This document shows, piece by piece, positions 60,418-64,000 of a DNA stretch of 64,000 bases. The DNA is taken from assembly GCA_965219445.1 (NCBI GenBank), contig CBDCNQ010000004.1, forward strand, positions 992,001 to 1,056,000. Direction: 5' to 3'. How positions within the stretch are numbered: position 1 is the stretch's first letter; each line of letters starts with the position of its first letter. Origin of the DNA: Longimicrobiales bacterium (GTDB taxonomy: Bacteria; Gemmatimonadota; Gemmatimonadetes; Longimicrobiales; Gaopeijiaceae). Under the pieces are notes generated by a model. That model had not been told where the DNA came from, ran no database searches, and worked only from the letters and a program-made list of their open reading frames with translations. The translations under genes and the position numbers were made by a program.

Positions 60418-61134
60418 TCACAGTCGCCTTGCGACCCAGACGGCTCGTCCGACGATGCGGATTTCATCGACGAGGCGTTCGTAGCTGTCGTACTCGGGGT
60501 TGGCCGACTTGATCACCACCCTGGGCGGTTCGGAGTGGGGCACATGCTCGATCCGCTTGGTGACGAGTCCCATTCCGTCCCAGATCACGAAGATGCCCGG
60601 CGGGACCGGGACCTGCCGGCTCACGTCGATCAGGATCCGGTCGCCGCTCGAGAAGAGCGGCTCCATCGAGTCCCCGTCGACAGTGATCATCCGCAGATCC
60701 TCTGGCCTGGCCTGGAATTCATGGCGGATGAGGGGATCGGCGAGAAGCCACGTCGCCTTGGTCTGCTCCACCTCTTCGTTCCAGGCCCCCGGGCCCGCCG
60801 CCGCGCGGACGTCGATCTCGGGCACCGCGCTGTAGCCCATCGGAACGGCGCGCGGGTCGGCCGAGGGCGGCTGTGGACGTGCTTCCCCACTCGGGGGCCG
60901 GCCGTGCTTGATCTCTTCTGGGCTGCAGCCCAGGTGCTTCGCCAAGGCCTCGCGGTCGTCCTCGGCCAGGACACGGGGCGTGCCCCGGTGGATGAACTGG
61001 TGCAGGTAGGCCGCGTTTCGTCCGATGGCGAGCGACGCCATCCGCAGGTTCGAGCGATTCTCCGCAATCAGCCCGAGGATCCGCTGGCGAACCGGGTCCA
61101 TCGCCGTGTCGTCGTATCTCGTTGCCCGTCCCAT
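60418..61134 (-). CDS. CI/LexA-like repressor with S24 peptidase domain
   Basis: N-terminal HTH, AAAGPG cleavage site, VDGDSMEP, VTKR. Confidence 0.92.
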   Translation of the reverse strand: MGRATRYDDTAMDPVRQRILGLIAENRSNLRMASLAIGRNAAYLHQFIHRGTPRVLAEDDREALAKHLGCSPEEIKHGRPPSGEARPQPPSADPRAVPMGYSAVPEIDVRAAAGPGAWNEEVEQTKATWLLADPLIRHEFQARPEDLRMITVDGDSMEPLFSSGDRILIDVSRQVPVPPGIFVIWDGMGLVTKRIEHVPHSEPPRVVIKSANPEYDSYERLVDEIRIVGRAVWVARRL

Positions 61135-61137
61135 ATG

Positions 61138-61153
61138 GTGGGATATTACCTAC
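61138..61153. promoter_or_regulatory. Candidate repressor operator GTGGG-N6-CCTAC (second copy 61403-61418)
   Basis: Quasi-palindromes between divergent repressor and Cro-like genes. Confidence 0.4.
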
Positions 61154-61466
61154 TATATGTCGCCGGCACAACAGGACACCCCGACTCGGGGACGGCGAAC
61201 GTAGGAATCACCCCGTAGCTCCTCGGCTCGACTGGTAGCACCCTCCGGGCGGGCTTCCGGCTAGAGCGGGCCGCCCACACGGCTGAATCCATCTCGATCA
61301 AGGCTTGCAGAGCGTCGAGCGGGTGTTCCGGGACCCGCTCGAGGCCACGCTGGCGGAGCGTCGCCGGACCCCCATTTCCGTATCTCGTTGCTCCGCAAGC
61401 ACGTGGGAAATGTCCTATTTCCTACCGACTTGCGTAATTTGCCAACAGGGTATCTGGTGCACTGGT

Positions 61467-61736
61467 ATGGAGAGCCTGACGAAGCAGTTCGAGGAGCGGA
61501 TTGCGGAGTTCCTTCGGCGCACGCAGCTGACGCCGTCGGAGTTCGGTGAGCGGGCGATCGGCGACCGGAAGTTCTGTGGAGACTTGCGGCGCGGCCGTTC
61601 GCCGAGGTTGGCGACCGTGGACCGGGTTATGGCGTTCATGGAGGCCTACGAGGGGGCTGCGCACGGGGCTCGCGGTTCAACCAGCAGGGAGAGCCTCGGC
61701 GATTCTTCCTCGACAGCAGGAGAGACGGAGCGATGA
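61467..61736 (+). CDS. Cro-like HTH protein
   Basis: 'IAEFL..LTPSEFGERAIGD..LRRGRSPRLAT..RV..FM'; divergent from the repressor. Confidence 0.7.
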   Translation: MESLTKQFEERIAEFLRRTQLTPSEFGERAIGDRKFCGDLRRGRSPRLATVDRVMAFMEAYEGAAHGARGSTSRESLGDSSSTAGETER

Positions 61737-61960
61737 CACGAGCGGTCGAGCCGGGCAGGGACACCCCCGCCCGCATCATTCGGTTTCACCAAGTGCAAGC
61801 CCGCACGGGGCTGTCGCGGAGCACGATCTATCGGCGACTGGCCGGGGGCAGCTTCCCCCGGCCGCTATCGCTGGGCGCACGTGCGGTCGGCTGGATCGAG
61901 TCGGAGGTGGATGAGTGGATCCGCCAGCGGATCGCGGCGAGCCGCGGCGAGGCCGAGTGA
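61733..61960 (+). CDS. AlpA-family regulator/excisionase
   Basis: RTGLSRSTIY..FPRP..LG.RAVGW.ESEV..WI. Confidence 0.92.
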   Translation: MTRAVEPGRDTPARIIRFHQVQARTGLSRSTIYRRLAGGSFPRPLSLGARAVGWIESEVDEWIRQRIAASRGEAE

Positions 61961-61972
61961 TCGGCGCATTCA

Positions 61973-62281
61973 ATGGAGACTAAGGAGCAGACGATGCAAC
62001 GTTTCATAAGGACGGTACGAGCGGCTGCGTGGGCCGCGCTGTGGATGCTCATGCCCGGTCAGCTCTGGGCGCAGGGGACGAGCCCGTGGGTGGAGGCGGT
62101 CAATGAGCTCCAGGCGCAGTTCACGGGTCCGATCGCGAGGGGGCTGTCGCTGATCGCGATCGTGGTGGGCGGGCTGATGTTCGCGTTCGGTGAGGGCGGT
62201 AGCAAGCGGACGCTGGCCGGGATCATCTTCGGTCTCGGGATGGCGATGGGCGCGGCGAACTTCCTGGCGTGGCTCTTCTGA
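61973..62281 (+). CDS. TrbC/VirB2 conjugative pilin
   Basis: SPW..L..FTGPIA.., 'FAFGEGG', two TMs. Confidence 0.9.
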   Translation: METKEQTMQRFIRTVRAAAWAALWMLMPGQLWAQGTSPWVEAVNELQAQFTGPIARGLSLIAIVVGGLMFAFGEGGSKRTLAGIIFGLGMAMGAANFLAWLF

Positions 62282-62583
62282 TGAGGGGCCTGAGGCGCTG
62301 GGCCGGCTATGCGGCGTTGAACCGTCCGCTGACGATTCTGGGGGTCGAGCGTAGGGGGTTCCTCCTCGTCGCGACGCTCGGGCTCGCGATGTGGAACGCG
62401 ACGGCTTCGCTGGTGACGGGCGGCGTGGTGTTCGCGGTCGGCTTTGGGGCCGGATGGCTGGCCGGCCGCAAAGACCCGGACATGCTTGGCGTGCTCCGCG
62501 CCGGGACGCGTTATCCGGCCCGTTTCGACCCGGGCAAGTGGGCCGAAGAGCCGTGGCATCTCGTGATCCGGAGCGGGCGATGA
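62281..62583 (+). CDS. VirB3/TrbD T4SS protein
   Basis: ALNRPLTILGVER..KDP. Confidence 0.88.
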   Translation: MRGLRRWAGYAALNRPLTILGVERRGFLLVATLGLAMWNATASLVTGGVVFAVGFGAGWLAGRKDPDMLGVLRAGTRYPARFDPGKWAEEPWHLVIRSGR

Positions 62584-63218
62584 GGATCTCCGCGGAGCTC
62601 CGGGACCACGAGGCGGCCGGCTCACTGGCCGAGGAGCTGCCCTACTGGGGCTGGCTCGAGGACGGCCGCACGTGCCTGACCCGCTCGGGCGAGCTGATCG
62701 CGGCCGGACGGCTAGCGCCTGCGGTGGTCGACGGGCGTTCGCCCGAGCAGATCGACCGCGTGCTGGGCCGCTGGCAGCGGTTGCTCTCGGGTTTGGACGC
62801 TGACACGCGCCTCTACTTCTATATGCTCCGCCGCCCGGCCTCGCCCGAGGCTGCTGACGACGAGGGTTCCGGCATCGTAGCGGTGTCGCAGCGTAAGCGC
62901 GGCGCGTTTCTCTCGCGCCGCGTGCAGCGGCTCGGGGCCTACCTGGTCTGGTCGCACGATCCCCGGCTCCGGGCGGTCGCCGACGGGCCAACATCGGGAA
63001 GAGCCTCCCGTCTCAGGCAGTGGTGGCAGCGCCACCGGGCGAGCGCGCCCACCTACCTCGGTTCCGAGATCGAGGCCGCCGCCGCCCGCTTTCGCGCGAC
63101 GGTGGACGCGGGCCGTGCACTCGTGGAGGAGCACACGCCGATCGAGATGCTCGAGCCCGCCGAAGCCTCGCGGCTTCTCTCCGAGCTGATCAACCGTCTG
63201 TCGAGAGTCGAACCCTGA
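62580..63218 (+). pseudogene. VirB4/TrbE N-terminal part, truncated at ~63198
   Basis: 'SLAEELPYWGW..LTRSG' directly after virB3; no ATPase domain. Confidence 0.75.
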
Positions 63219-64000
63219 AGGAGTCGACGTCGGGGAACGGTCGGACGTAGACTTCCGCCCGACCCGTCTCGTTAGAGGTGTACGCAAGCCAGCGCCCGTC
63301 CGACGACAGAGCCGGGTCTTGCTCCGCAAACTCGGCGGTCGCAACGAGCGGTATCGTGACGCTATCCACGCCCGGCCGGAAGCCCACGATGTCGCGTTCG
63401 CCTATTACCGATGCGTTCGCAAGTGTGCGGAATACCATCCATTCGCCGTCTTCCCTCCACTGGCCCTGGTAGAGGCTGCGTTGATCGTCGAGCAACAGCT
63501 CCGGCGCTCCTGTCCCGTCAGCACGCCTCTGCCATACATCGTAGTTTCCTCCCGACTCACTCTTGACGTAGGTCACGAACTGACCATCGGGGGCCCAAAC
63601 GGGGTACCTCTCAGCCCTGTCATCGAACGTCAGCCGCTCGAGCGGACCGTCGGGCAGCTGTTTGATCCAGATGTCTACGTTTCCGTCAACCTGCCTCGGG
63701 AAAGCCACCTGCGCTCCGTCCGGTGAGAGGCCCCATCCGTAGTTCGCACTGGGGGTTTCGAACCGCCAGCCCGGTTCGACAGGGGCCGCATCTCCCGAGC
63801 GCGTCACCCAGACTAACTCTGTGGTCGTCCCCGTCACGCCCCCGGCCGAATAGATCAGCGTCCCGCTCTCTGACACCGCATAAGTCACCAGGCCACTTGT
63901 GGCATTGACCGTGAGATCCCCGGCCACCGGCACCGGGGGGCCGGTAAGCTCTGCCGTGCCGGGGTCGATGGGGGCGGCCATGAGGGCACCGTCCGGTGTT
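63190..64000 (-). pseudogene. PD40 region of another kinase-PD40 paralog, C-terminally truncated (5' end outside window)
   Basis: LVWVTRSG, DIWIKQL..RLTF, WLAYTSNETGRAEVYVRPFP; lacks the final ~110 aa seen in paralogs. Confidence 0.85.

Noticed and set aside
60418..61960. Prophage immunity region
   Set aside because: Followed by VirB2-B4, and no phage structural genes are present

Overview
A GC-rich bacterial window. The gene content (Ser/Thr kinase-PD40 beta-propeller paralogs, a DUF1592/DUF1552/ankyrin operon, exported creatininase-like proteins, a DUF5916-like protein) suggests Gemmatimonadota; this is inferred from content only. The left ~41 kb is a mosaic of envelope and signalling modules: an amidase, two full kinase-PD40 genes, a bactofilin, an ECF sigma/anti-sigma/TonB-receptor cluster with a repeated candidate promoter, TraT, a split CHASE2-HD-GYP gene, a c-di-GMP-I riboswitch heading a FimT-PilV-PilW-PilX operon, LemA-GIDE, a split AceE-like E1 and a cytochrome c-DUF1552-ankyrin operon. 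The right ~23 kb is a decayed mobile region. It holds an intact group IIC intron with RT/maturase, two tRNA-Lys(CTT) 3' fragments (att-like), a tyrosine integrase, ICE debris (ArdC, relaxase, repressor/Cro/AlpA/VirB2-B3-B4) and nested IS256/IS3 fragments. It also holds an ORF-deleted 684-nt group IIC intron and a second 5' remnant, each directly behind the terminator of a paralogous acidic surface-lipoprotein gene. Many single-base frameshifts, perfect tandem duplications and abrupt junctions could be real decay or assembly/read artefacts. Family names come from motif recognition, not database searches.
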